Source: Candidatus Binatia bacterium (GTDB lineage Bacteria > Desulfobacterota > Binatia > UBA9968 > JAJDTQ01). Taken from it: a DNA stretch of 64,000 nt. Positions 19,193-28,274 of the stretch are shown here, one piece after another. Position 1 is the first letter of the stretch; every line of letters begins with the position of its first letter. Location of the stretch: assembly GCA_963664535.1 (NCBI GenBank), contig OY761465.1, forward strand, positions 841,350-905,349, read 5' to 3'. The translations under genes were made by a program, and so were the position numbers. The notes under the pieces are model-generated. The model ran no database searches, had not been told where the DNA came from, and saw only the letters and a list, made by a program, of their open reading frames with translations.

Positions 19193-20140
19193 TCACGCCT
19201 CCTCACTATGCCGAGCATCTCTATTTTCGGGGTCGTTTCCGACTACCCCCGGCGGCATCGTTTTCAATAGCTCAGGGGGCAATCCTTTCAATTGCTCCCT
19301 CATCTTCGCTTGCTCCTGCTTTCGAATCAAGTCGTCTCTCTCCCTATTGAGTCCATGAATTTTCCACACTATATCTAAGGCTTCTTCCTCGATTTCATGT
19401 GCCTCCAACCCCAACTCTTGGACCTCACCGATTGTGATGCACCAACTATGATCAGCATACCCGGTCGTCAATAGTTCTCCAATACTCTTTGCACGCTCCC
19501 CTTCTCCTTTCAGCATCCTCGAAGACAGGAGCTTTTCAACGTACTCTCTCCCTACATCGAGCGACTTCTTGAAACTCCCGAGAGTCAGTGGAAACTGCAA
19601 CCTTTGCATGAGGCCCTCGGCCAGCTGAGAATTCCCGTTGGCAAACTCTTCCCGAATAAGTTGCAGGGTTGACTCTATGTGGAGAGGAGAGAACCGTTCT
19701 ACTCGCTGTTCTAAGGGGTTCATCTCTGTGATCTGTGGGTCCAACGGCCCTAGTTCTGCCACAGGTGTCATTAGGATCTCGTCACCAGCACAAATCAAGA
19801 GCGTCGCTGCACTTTTCGCCCATCGTGGGATGATGAAAGTGAGCTTCTCATTTCCGTAACGGCGAAACAGGAGAGCAAGGTTATACGCCGCATCAATATC
19901 TCCTCCACCAGAATCGATGACCACATCCAAAGACTTCCCACTATACTTTCCTGCCCTTAAGTCATCATAAACCCTATCAACCAGGGTATTCCGTATATTG
20001 GCCTCTCCGAGTAACAACGGAAAACACTCTGCGCCACGAATCGCGGCAAGCTCTTTGCAAACGCCATCGATTTCCTTGTCAATGGAAGAAATTGTTCTTC
20101 TTGATCTTGCGCGCGCCATCCTATCCTTCTTCCTAACCAC
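19193..20140 (-). CDS. ClpP/crotonase-fold serine protease of the S49/SDH (serine dehydrogenase proteinase) family
   Basis: IDSGGGDIDAAYNLALLF and WAKSAATLLICAGDEILMTP align to the ClpP/SppA core (nucleophilic Ser in AKSAAT); helical C-terminal extension; low GC. Confidence 0.6.
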   Translation of the reverse strand: MVRKKDRMARARSRRTISSIDKEIDGVCKELAAIRGAECFPLLLGEANIRNTLVDRVYDDLRAGKYSGKSLDVVIDSGGGDIDAAYNLALLFRRYGNEKLTFIIPRWAKSAATLLICAGDEILMTPVAELGPLDPQITEMNPLEQRVERFSPLHIESTLQLIREEFANGNSQLAEGLMQRLQFPLTLGSFKKSLDVGREYVEKLLSSRMLKGEGERAKSIGELLTTGYADHSWCITIGEVQELGLEAHEIEEEALDIVWKIHGLNRERDDLIRKQEQAKMREQLKGLPPELLKTMPPGVVGNDPENRDARHSEEA

Positions 20141-20239
20141 GAAGTTGTTCTCGAAAAAGACGATTACGCGGTTTCTTTCTCGAAATCAACTCTCCCATGT
20201 CCGTGGCGGGCGTCCGCTGTATGTGTGACCGCGACTCCT

Positions 20240-21160
20240 TTAGTCAACGCCCTTGACCAGCTGCACCCGGCTGGTGTCGCGCAGCTTGTCGAACCGCTCT
20301 CGCTCCACCTCGAAGTAGTGGGGTTGCGCGGAACTCTTGAGGATATAGTAATCGCCCTCTTTCGGGGATACCACCGTGTGGGTGATGGTGGATCCCGTCT
20401 TCGTCTCGATGCTGTACTCGAGGATGGGCCTTCCGCCGTCGAAACGCGTCTTCCCGTCCACTGAGAGAACCTCCTTGAAGCCTACCCTCGCCACGCGCTC
20501 CACGAGATCCTTCACCGGCCCCGCGTCGGTTTCTTCGTCCTCCCGCAGCCCCTCCACCTCGAACCCGCCGTCGCCGGCCTTCAACGCGTAGGACCCCAGG
20601 TCGATGCGGACGATGTCCTCCGCCGCCGTCTTGAGCAGCTCGGTATCGTACCACTGTCCCGCCTCCGCCGGAGCGTCGAAAGCGTTGAAGTCGATGGCGT
20701 AGGTGTGGTCGTCGCCGTCGAGACGGGCATGGACCCTGCGGAACCCGGGCGATGAGCCGAGGAAGACGTCGCCCAGCACCTCCGTCCCCTGGAGGAACCG
20801 CACCCGCCGTTCGAAACGGACCGGCGTCACCTTGAACTGCCTGGCCGCCACCAGGGTCTTGCCCACGGGCCAGGAGCGTTTGGCGTCGAGGAGCTTGTCC
20901 GCGAACTTCTCGAACCTGGCCGGCGACACCGGGAAGTCGCCCTTGTCGGCCAGCACCCAGCCGCCGTCCTTGCGGGCGAGGCGCAGCGTCGGCTTGTCCT
21001 GCCGCTCGATGGTCACCGTGTCCATGCTGCCGCGGTCCACGGTCAGAAGCGGCTTGTCCGCCTCCAAGGCGCCGGTGTCGTCGCTCGGGAGGTTGACCCA
21101 CACCACCAGACCGGCCTGGAGGACCAGCAACGACAGCAAGAGCTTGATCGATCGGCTCAC
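20240..21160 (-). CDS. DUF4340 domain protein (periplasmic accessory component of GldG-type ABC-2 systems)
   Basis: signal/anchor sequence; sits directly downstream of the GldF/GldG-like gene in the usual order. Confidence 0.6.
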   Translation of the reverse strand: MSRSIKLLLSLLVLQAGLVVWVNLPSDDTGALEADKPLLTVDRGSMDTVTIERQDKPTLRLARKDGGWVLADKGDFPVSPARFEKFADKLLDAKRSWPVGKTLVAARQFKVTPVRFERRVRFLQGTEVLGDVFLGSSPGFRRVHARLDGDDHTYAIDFNAFDAPAEAGQWYDTELLKTAAEDIVRIDLGSYALKAGDGGFEVEGLREDEETDAGPVKDLVERVARVGFKEVLSVDGKTRFDGGRPILEYSIETKTGSTITHTVVSPKEGDYYILKSSAQPHYFEVERERFDKLRDTSRVQLVKGVD

Positions 21161-21181
21161 GCGGAAACCCCTTCAACCCGG

Positions 21182-24082
21182 CTAGGCCGCCAGCGTTCTC
21201 TCGTATTGGTCGCGCAGCCGGCGCAGATGATACCGGTAGCCCCCGTAGATCAACGCCAGGCCCATCAGCACGATGCCGTAGTTCAGGTACTCCCAGAAGG
21301 CCTTCCGCTCGCGGGTCATGGGCACGAGGGTCCGGGCGAAGTGGGCGCGACTCCGGATGGACAGGAGGGCGCGGTCCTCCAAGGCCCAGTCCACCGCGTT
21401 CTCCAGGAACTGCAGCGAGTTCACGAACCGGTCGTTGTTTGCCGCGCGTGACAATTGAAGCATCTGGTCGGTGAATGCCTCATTGGAACCGACCAGGATG
21501 ATGCGGGCCGACTCCGGCGACTTTTCGATCATGCCGGTCACCACCGGCTCCTCCTCGCCGTCCTTCTTTTCCGCGGCCTCGCCGCCCCCGGGCGGCGACG
21601 GTTTCTCTTCACCGCCGTCTTCCCCGGCCAGCAACGGCGAGTCCTTGCCCGCGTAGTAGGAACGGAAACTGCCTTCCACCACCGCGGCCAGCACCCGCCC
21701 CTTGGGTTGGCCCTCTTTCTCGAACCCCAGCTTCGGGTGGACCTTGTAATCCGGATGGACCTTCAGGGAGCTCGACACCCAGGACGACCCGGAACTGGAA
21801 AGCAGCGGCGTCGCGGTGATGCCGCCGTCCTGTTCGTCGGGAAGCGTGAGCGGCGAGGCCCAGCTCAGGGTCAACTGGGGCAGCCGGGAGGTGATGGGAT
21901 TGTCCTGGTTCAGGCTCTCGTCCCGGACGTCGACGAAGTAGGGGTACGGCACGAGCTGCAGCTCACGGGCGGTGAAGGCGCCCACCTGGCGGTTCACGAA
22001 CACCGGAAATGGCTCGTTCCGCGGATCGAGCACCAGGGTCTTCTGCACCGTCACGCCGTAGTGCTCCAGCAGCGGTTCGAGGCCGGAGGTGTAACGGCTG
22101 GCGGCCAGACCGGCCGGGGTGCGGGCCACGGTATAGGGCGAGGTCAACACCGCCACCGAGCCGCCCTTCATGAGAAACTGGTCCACGGCGAACCGCTGCT
22201 TCGGCGTCAGCTCCTTGGGCGCCGCGAGCAGCAGCAGGTCCACGTTCTCCGGCACCAGCCCGGACTTGAGGTCCACCTCGGCGAGGCGGTAGTTCTGCCT
22301 GAGCTTCTGCAGCACCAGCCGGAACTGCCGGGGCGGCGGCTGGAAGCGCGCTCCCGGCTGCCGGGGCTCCGGCGGCGGGGTGTGGAAGCCGACGGTCTTG
22401 ATGAACCCGGGGGCAAACCTGCGGAGCGCCGACTCCACGCTCCGCTTGGCGGACTCCTGGTTCAGCTTACCGGGCAGGGGCACCTGCACCGTGCTGTCGT
22501 TGTTCTTCATGACCATGTAGAAGTAGAAGCGTTTCGGATCGAAGAGTCCCGCCGCCATGGGGCGGAAGCCGTACTGTTGGGCCAGTTGCTCGGCCACGCC
22601 CTCGGCCTCGGGATCGATGATCTCGTACTTGAATTTTCCCTCCGACTCCTTGCGGAGTTCCCTCAGCGACGTCAGCAACTGCCGCTTGAAGGGCGCGATG
22701 GACTTCGGCAGCTTCTCCACCGACGAGATGTATCCCCGGAATTCCACCGGCTGATCGATGCCGGCGAACAGCGCGCCGATGTCCTGAAAGCCGTACAGCA
22801 CCTTCTTGATGGCCCGGGCCAGATCGTACTCGAGGTTCCGCAGGCGCACGTTGGTTCCCGTCCGCCCGCCCCTGATCTCGATCAGATCCTGGAACCGCAG
22901 CACTTCGTGCTTGTCGCCGTACTGGAGCAGCAGGTCGAAGTACGAGTTGACCAGCGAGGTCTGGTAGCGGTCCTCTGTCCGGAAGGGAATCGGCCGGATG
23001 CCGTAGCGCTGATTGGCTTCCTCCTCGAGATCGGGCTCCTCCCGTGGGTCCACGAACTCCGCGCGCACGCGGCCGCCGCCGAGGGACTCGATCTCGCGAA
23101 TGGTATCGCGGATCCGGGGCATCAACGGAGCCAGCACCGGGTGGGTGCGGGCGCTGAAGTAGCCCCGGATGAGCAGCGGCTCCTGCAACTGGGCGACGAG
23201 GTCCCGGGTCGCCTGGGAAATGGAGTAGTCCTTTCCCGCCGTGAGGTCCGCGCGCACGGCCAGTCCGCGGTGGAGCCAGAAGTTGGCCAGGACGAAATTG
23301 AGCACCACCAGCGCGGTCACGGCCCGCCAGGCGCGGTGGCGCGTCTTCTGGCCCTCCCGAGACCACCGCAGCCGCTCCAGGGAGAAGACGTTCAGGGCGA
23401 GAAATACGCCGACGATGCTGACGTAGTAGTAGATGTCCCGAAGGTCCAGCACGCCCCGGGTGATGGACTCGAAGCGGACGCCCGTGGCCGCCAGACCCAG
23501 GTATTCGGCCCACTGGACGCCGGCCAGGAAACCGAACGTCAGGGACCCCAACAGGTAGAACACGAAGCCGATGACGGTGGTGAGGATGAGGCTGGCGATC
23601 TGGCTCTCGTTCCGCGCGCTGATGTAGAGGCCGATGGAGCAGTAGGCCGCCGCCAGCAGCAGCGACGCCGTGTAGGCGCCCAGCACCGGGCCCCAGTCGA
23701 GGGGGCCCATGAACGAGACGGTGACCGGGACGCCCAGGGTCAGCGCCAGGGCGATGGCCACCAGCCCCAGACAGGCCAGGAACTTGCCCAGCACCAGATG
23801 GAGCGTCTTCACCGGCATGGTGAAGAGGAACTCCAGGGTCTCCATGCGCCGTTCTTCGCTCCACATCCTCATGGTCAGGGCCGCGCTGAGAAAGATGAGC
23901 AGGATCGGCATCCACTCGAACAACGGCCTTGCGTCGACGATGTTGCGCGCGAAGAACTGCTCGACCCAGAAGAAGATGAACAGGCACACGGCCGAGAACG
24001 TCCCCAGGAAGATGAACGCCACCGGCGAGGAAAAATAGGTGGAGAACTCCTTCTTGGCGATGCTCCAGATGCTACCGGCCAT
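21182..24082 (-). CDS. ABC-2 permease (GldF-like) fused to a GldG-like periplasmic domain, 966 aa
   Basis: N-terminal six-TM ABC-2 permease, then a large extracytoplasmic GldG-type domain with a C-terminal TM anchor. Confidence 0.75.
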   Translation of the reverse strand: MAGSIWSIAKKEFSTYFSSPVAFIFLGTFSAVCLFIFFWVEQFFARNIVDARPLFEWMPILLIFLSAALTMRMWSEERRMETLEFLFTMPVKTLHLVLGKFLACLGLVAIALALTLGVPVTVSFMGPLDWGPVLGAYTASLLLAAAYCSIGLYISARNESQIASLILTTVIGFVFYLLGSLTFGFLAGVQWAEYLGLAATGVRFESITRGVLDLRDIYYYVSIVGVFLALNVFSLERLRWSREGQKTRHRAWRAVTALVVLNFVLANFWLHRGLAVRADLTAGKDYSISQATRDLVAQLQEPLLIRGYFSARTHPVLAPLMPRIRDTIREIESLGGGRVRAEFVDPREEPDLEEEANQRYGIRPIPFRTEDRYQTSLVNSYFDLLLQYGDKHEVLRFQDLIEIRGGRTGTNVRLRNLEYDLARAIKKVLYGFQDIGALFAGIDQPVEFRGYISSVEKLPKSIAPFKRQLLTSLRELRKESEGKFKYEIIDPEAEGVAEQLAQQYGFRPMAAGLFDPKRFYFYMVMKNNDSTVQVPLPGKLNQESAKRSVESALRRFAPGFIKTVGFHTPPPEPRQPGARFQPPPRQFRLVLQKLRQNYRLAEVDLKSGLVPENVDLLLLAAPKELTPKQRFAVDQFLMKGGSVAVLTSPYTVARTPAGLAASRYTSGLEPLLEHYGVTVQKTLVLDPRNEPFPVFVNRQVGAFTARELQLVPYPYFVDVRDESLNQDNPITSRLPQLTLSWASPLTLPDEQDGGITATPLLSSSGSSWVSSSLKVHPDYKVHPKLGFEKEGQPKGRVLAAVVEGSFRSYYAGKDSPLLAGEDGGEEKPSPPGGGEAAEKKDGEEEPVVTGMIEKSPESARIILVGSNEAFTDQMLQLSRAANNDRFVNSLQFLENAVDWALEDRALLSIRSRAHFARTLVPMTRERKAFWEYLNYGIVLMGLALIYGGYRYHLRRLRDQYERTLAA

Positions 24083-25004
24083 GGCCGCCTCTCTCCCCCA
24101 CCTCGCGGAACACGGTCTCCAGGGTACGGGCCTCCTCGCTCATGCGAAAGAGATCCCAGCCGCGTTCGACCGCCTCCCTGGCCACGCCGGGGGCCACCTC
24201 GTCGACGGGGACCTCAAGCTCGAGGGCGTAGCTCTCCCCGCGGAGCCCCTCCGCCGGCGACACCATCCCCACTCCCGGAAGCTCCCCGAGCCGTTCCGCC
24301 GCGTCGTCGGATGGTTTGCCGAGCCCCACCACCAGCCGGTGGGACTGCTGCAGCTCGCTCAGCCGGGCATCCACCGCGATGCGTCCCTGCACCATGATGA
24401 TCACCCGTTCGCATATCGCCTCCACCTCCTGAAGGACGTGCGTGGAGACGATGATGGTGGCGTTCTCGCTCAAATCCCGGACCAGCGACCGCATCTGGAA
24501 GATCTGCGTGGGGTCCAGACCGTTGGTGGGCTCGTCGAGGATCAGGATCTCCGGCTCGTGCACGATGGCCTGGGCCACTCCCAGCCGCTGCTTGTAGCCC
24601 TTCGAAAGCGTGCCCACCGGATCCAGGGACCGGTCCGTCAGCCATGTCCGCTCCAGCGCCCGCCTGAGCACGGACGGACGGCCGGCGCGCGGGACGCCGC
24701 GCAGATCGGCCACGTACTCCAGGTAGCGCACCACCGACATGTCCGGATAAAGCGGAGCGTTCTCGGACAGATAGCCTATCTTCCGCTGGATGCTCAGTCG
24801 CGCTTCGTAGAGCGGCAGGCCGTCGATGACCACCGACCCCGCGGTGGGCTCGATGTAGCCGGTGAGCATGCGCATGATGGTGGTCTTGCCGGCGCCGTTA
24901 TGCCCCAGCAGGCCGACGACCTCCCCCTTCCCGATGGAAAAGGAGACATCGTCCACCGCCACCAGATCACCATACTTTCGGGTGAGACCCTCGACCTCGA
25001 TCAC
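24072..25004 (-). CDS. ABC transporter ATP-binding protein (GldA-like)
   Basis: Walker A GHNGAGKTT; signature LSKGYKQRL; Walker B ILILDEP; 11-nt overlap with the permease gene. Confidence 0.9.
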   Translation of the reverse strand: MIEVEGLTRKYGDLVAVDDVSFSIGKGEVVGLLGHNGAGKTTIMRMLTGYIEPTAGSVVIDGLPLYEARLSIQRKIGYLSENAPLYPDMSVVRYLEYVADLRGVPRAGRPSVLRRALERTWLTDRSLDPVGTLSKGYKQRLGVAQAIVHEPEILILDEPTNGLDPTQIFQMRSLVRDLSENATIIVSTHVLQEVEAICERVIIMVQGRIAVDARLSELQQSHRLVVGLGKPSDDAAERLGELPGVGMVSPAEGLRGESYALELEVPVDEVAPGVAREAVERGWDLFRMSEEARTLETVFREVGERGGHGR

Positions 25005-25112
25005 GCTGCATCCTCCCGGCCCCGGTGTCGTTCGTGGGTTTCGGAGCGAGATTGAAAATTTTTAACAGATAGTGTGGCGGGGTGCGAATCGGGGCACGAC
25101 AGGTCTCGATTG

Positions 25113-25271
25113 ATGAAGGACGGCAAGCCGGTGACGATCACCAAGCGGGGGCGGCCCGTGGCGGTGCTGTCTCCCCTGCAGGCTCCACGTATTTCTGGTG
25201 TGGTACAGCACCGTCACAATCCCTGCTCCGATGGCGTCCGGTCTCGGGTTTTCGCCGCGGAAACTGTCTGA
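25113..25271 (+). pseudogene. remnant of a Phd/YefM-family antitoxin (C-terminal fragment only)
   Basis: KPVTITKRGRPVAVLSP matches the conserved Phd/YefM core; the N-terminal half is absent. Confidence 0.3.
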
Positions 25272-25277
25272 ACGTGT

Positions 25278-27155
25278 TCATCGCGGTGGTTCACGTGTGA
25301 ACGGACGATAATCCACCAACGCGGACTGACCGATAATGTCAATAATGGTCACAGACAGCTCCGAGCCCGCGGCGTCCGTGAGCTTGATGGACTTGCCCAG
25401 CCGAAAATGCACTGGCTGCTGTCGACCGTCCTCTATGGCGATATTGTCCGCATACAGATAAGTCCGATCGAAGGCATCGCGTATGGGATTGAGGCGTCCG
25501 CGCAGGCCGGGGAGATGTCCGATGGCCTGAGGGAATATGGCGGCACCTCCGGCAGAAAGGCGATTGAGCTCGATCAAAAGACCTCCGCGGCTGGGCAACC
25601 ACTCTCTTTTCAGCCCTCCACCATACCCAGGTGCCGCAGCATAAACGGTCATCGGAAGATGCGTTGTGTATAGATCGAGAGATGCTTCGCCAGCCTCGTC
25701 GGTCGTTGCGCGTTGCCAGGTCTTGTTCGGAAAGAGCGCCAATACATCGACTCCCGACAGAGCTTCTCCTTTGGAATGCACCGTTACTGTCGAGGCGGCG
25801 GGACTCAATTCGAGTTTCGCAGCAGGAATGCTCAGTGCGACGTTGGACTGGTCAACGACCTTGTATTGTGGCAGGTTGCCAGTGGCTGCTTGGGTTTCCG
25901 TCTTGATTATGGATACGCCGTCCCCTCGGCGTTCCATCAAGTATCGACGATGGCTCGACCCTGGGACATCTCCGACGGGAATTCGTCCAAACACGGAGGC
26001 GATCACTTCGTTGCGCGTTGCCTGGCTTGTGTCCATGCCTTCAATGGTCATCCCATTGGGAAGCTGACCGGGCGAGTCAATCTCAAGACGCCCCATGAAC
26101 ATTGACAATCGGATACGGCGGGAAGACATGGAGTAATCACGGTGCGCAACGGCGTTTACCACCGCTTCGAACACGGCTGCAACGCTGTATTGTGCCACAT
26201 CCTCCCGCTCCGGTAACTTGCGCGCCGCGACCCGCATGTTGCGTACGACGAACTTCACCGCGTCAGCGATCTGCAAAGGTAGTGGACCGACAATTTCCTG
26301 TGCGTCCAGTTGACCGGAGGCGCGATCCTTTCCGCGATAGTGCGTGGCTAAAATCGTGGCTTGTGGCAACCACCTATGTGGCGACTGGCTACAAAGCAGC
26401 ACCCCTGCAACTGTCGCGCGATCCACACCCGCTTCATCCTCGCCCAGGAGCCTGAGATTCATCAATGCCCTGCGAGGATCATCCGCTCCAGCCACGCTGA
26501 GCAGCGGCTCCCACAGCCGCTCGCTGAGCGTCTCGAAGCCCGTATTGGGCACGATTTGTTTATCGAACCACAGATAACGGCTTTGTGCGCGGTTCTGCGT
26601 CAGCCTTAGACGCTCTTCGCTGTCCATTTGTCGCTTGGTCGCCCCAACGCGGATGAACGCGCGCCCATCCCGTTCGTGAACGGTGTTGCCCCGCGGCACT
26701 TCGACGAGAACAAACGCTTCTCCGTCAAGTTCCCGGTGATGAACGTCGATTCGCAGCGCAGGCTTCACCGCATCTGTGCTTACTTCAACCAGCAGGCGAT
26801 CAACTGAGGCCATCTGTTCCGGTGACATGCCCTGAATGCGCCCATCGTCCGAAACGCCGCAAAGAAGTGTGCCTCCGCTTGCATTCGCGAAGGCCGCCAT
26901 TTCATCCGCTAGATCATCCCGTCGGGGACTAGTGAGCTGATTCCCATTGAACTCCATCTGCTTGAATTCCCAGGCGCTGTCCTCGCTCAGACGCAGCCGC
27001 TGCCGTATTTCGGCGTCGCTTACGGCCATCATTCGCTCCCGAGATTCCTTGGTGGCCCGTACCGAGTAGGGCTCACCGACATCGTAAACGACCTTTCTTG
27101 CGCAATTGTCATCGGTGTCCGTGTCCAATGACGCCGAACTCGCTGTCCGTCTCAT
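25278..27155 (-). CDS. Schlafen/AlbA_2 domain plus HATPase_c_4 ATPase protein (RecG-C-terminal-like putative DNA-binding/defence-associated protein) with a ~230-aa uncharacterised C-terminal extension
   Basis: N-terminal SEDSAWEFKQMEF... (AlbA_2 core); central VAAVFEAVVNAVAHRDY...GRLEIDSPGQLP (HATPase_c_4); ~56% GC. Confidence 0.65.
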   Translation of the reverse strand: MRRTASSASLDTDTDDNCARKVVYDVGEPYSVRATKESRERMMAVSDAEIRQRLRLSEDSAWEFKQMEFNGNQLTSPRRDDLADEMAAFANASGGTLLCGVSDDGRIQGMSPEQMASVDRLLVEVSTDAVKPALRIDVHHRELDGEAFVLVEVPRGNTVHERDGRAFIRVGATKRQMDSEERLRLTQNRAQSRYLWFDKQIVPNTGFETLSERLWEPLLSVAGADDPRRALMNLRLLGEDEAGVDRATVAGVLLCSQSPHRWLPQATILATHYRGKDRASGQLDAQEIVGPLPLQIADAVKFVVRNMRVAARKLPEREDVAQYSVAAVFEAVVNAVAHRDYSMSSRRIRLSMFMGRLEIDSPGQLPNGMTIEGMDTSQATRNEVIASVFGRIPVGDVPGSSHRRYLMERRGDGVSIIKTETQAATGNLPQYKVVDQSNVALSIPAAKLELSPAASTVTVHSKGEALSGVDVLALFPNKTWQRATTDEAGEASLDLYTTHLPMTVYAAAPGYGGGLKREWLPSRGGLLIELNRLSAGGAAIFPQAIGHLPGLRGRLNPIRDAFDRTYLYADNIAIEDGRQQPVHFRLGKSIKLTDAAGSELSVTIIDIIGQSALVDYRPFTREPPR

Positions 27156-27161
27156 CGGTTC

Positions 27162-27438
27162 TCAGGCAGTTCTCGGGGATGCGACCTCCGCATAGGCTCG
27201 GGCCGCGGCGCTGTCGAACGGCAGAATCCGACGCGCAAATCCAAGGTCGAGCCAACATCTCAAGCGTTTCAGGATAAGTCGGGAGACTCGCGCATCGGGC
27301 CGCGCGGAGGAAGTTCGAGTTCGACGCCGCCGAGGGGCGCGAAGCATTCGCGGGTGAACTTCGCCAAATCCCGGGGACCCGCCCGCCCGCCGTTCACCTC
27401 GTCGTCGAGATTGCGAATCGTGATACTCGCCATGGTCA
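27162..27438 (-). pseudogene. decayed vapB/fitA-vapC-like toxin-antitoxin remnant
   Basis: MTMASITIRNLDDEV is a StbC/FitA-type RHH antitoxin N-terminus that then loses frame; a downstream 61-aa ORF carries a VapC-like ILPFDSAAARAYAEV segment and abuts the Schlafen gene. Confidence 0.35.
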
Positions 27439-27553
27439 TCCTCCCGCGGTTGTCAATTTACGCGGGGATTGCGATGCAATCAAGATGCTGTGCATGTGCC
27501 CGGCTTTCCTGATGGTGTAAGGGCCTTGATTCGACACCCATGCGTTTCTTGCA

Positions 27554-27575
27554 TACCAGACAAAAGTCTGGTATA
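27554..27575. promoter_or_regulatory. perfect palindrome ATACCAGAC-AAAA-GTCTGGTAT, 10 nt upstream of the lexA start; candidate LexA operator
   Basis: 9-bp inverted arms seen directly in the sequence, over the lexA promoter region. Confidence 0.55.
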
Positions 27576-27584
27576 CGCATCCTC

Positions 27585-28187
27585 ATGACACCCTTTACTC
27601 CACCGGGAGAGACCCGGGACAAGGTTTACCGGTTCGTGCGCAGGCGGATCCTGGAGGAGCTTCCTCCCACGGTGCGGGAGGTCCAGGAGGCGTTCCGGTT
27701 CAGGGCGGTGCAGACGGCCCGGCAGCATCTGGAGCGCCTGGTGGACGAGGGGCGGCTGGTCAAGGCGCACGGGAAATCCAGGGGCTATCGCCTGCCCCGG
27801 GAGCCCGGGACGCTGTTCGTGCCGCTGCTGGGGCGGGTGCAGGCCGGCGGGCTGCGGGCGGCCATCGAGGAATGCGAGGGCTACATCCCGGTCCAGTCAC
27901 GGGACTCGGAGGAAGTGTTCGGGCTCCGGGTCCAGGGGGAAAGCATGACCGGCGCGGGTATCCTTCCGGGCGACATCGTCGTCGTGAGGCAGCAGGCGGA
28001 AGCCTCCTCGGGGGACATCGTCGTGGCCCTGGTGGGCGACGAGGCCACCATCAAGAGGCTTCGCCTGCGCCGGAGCCGGATCGAGCTGCATCCGGAGAAC
28101 CCGGCTTTCGCGCCAATCGTCCCCAGGGCCGATGAGTGCACCGTCCTGGGCAAGGTGGTGGAGGTGAGACGTTATCTGGAAGGGTAA
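27585..28187 (+). CDS. lexA: LexA repressor
   Basis: N-terminal winged-helix region; S24 peptidase motifs GESM (Ser) and KRL (Lys); cleavage-site region VQAGG. Confidence 0.85.
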   Translation: MTPFTPPGETRDKVYRFVRRRILEELPPTVREVQEAFRFRAVQTARQHLERLVDEGRLVKAHGKSRGYRLPREPGTLFVPLLGRVQAGGLRAAIEECEGYIPVQSRDSEEVFGLRVQGESMTGAGILPGDIVVVRQQAEASSGDIVVALVGDEATIKRLRLRRSRIELHPENPAFAPIVPRADECTVLGKVVEVRRYLEG

Positions 28188-28274
28188 ACCCGAAGGGTCG
28201 CATGGGCGCGGCATCCGGGACAATGCGTTCCCGGCGCCCGATCCTTTGCCTTTTGCGGGACACGGAGAGCTTTC

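Noticed and set aside
18841-20244. Possible short direct repeats (TGTGACCG and CCTTTAG) at both ends of the low-GC protease island
   Set aside because: Only 7-8 bp, in different order on the two sides, and the right-hand copy overlaps the DUF4340 stop codon. Too weak to call target-site duplications.
25074-25300. Two overlapping small + strand ORFs as possible intact genes
   Set aside because: Only a ~17-aa Phd/YefM-like core is recognisable and the N-terminal half of the antitoxin fold is missing. Treated as a pseudogene remnant.
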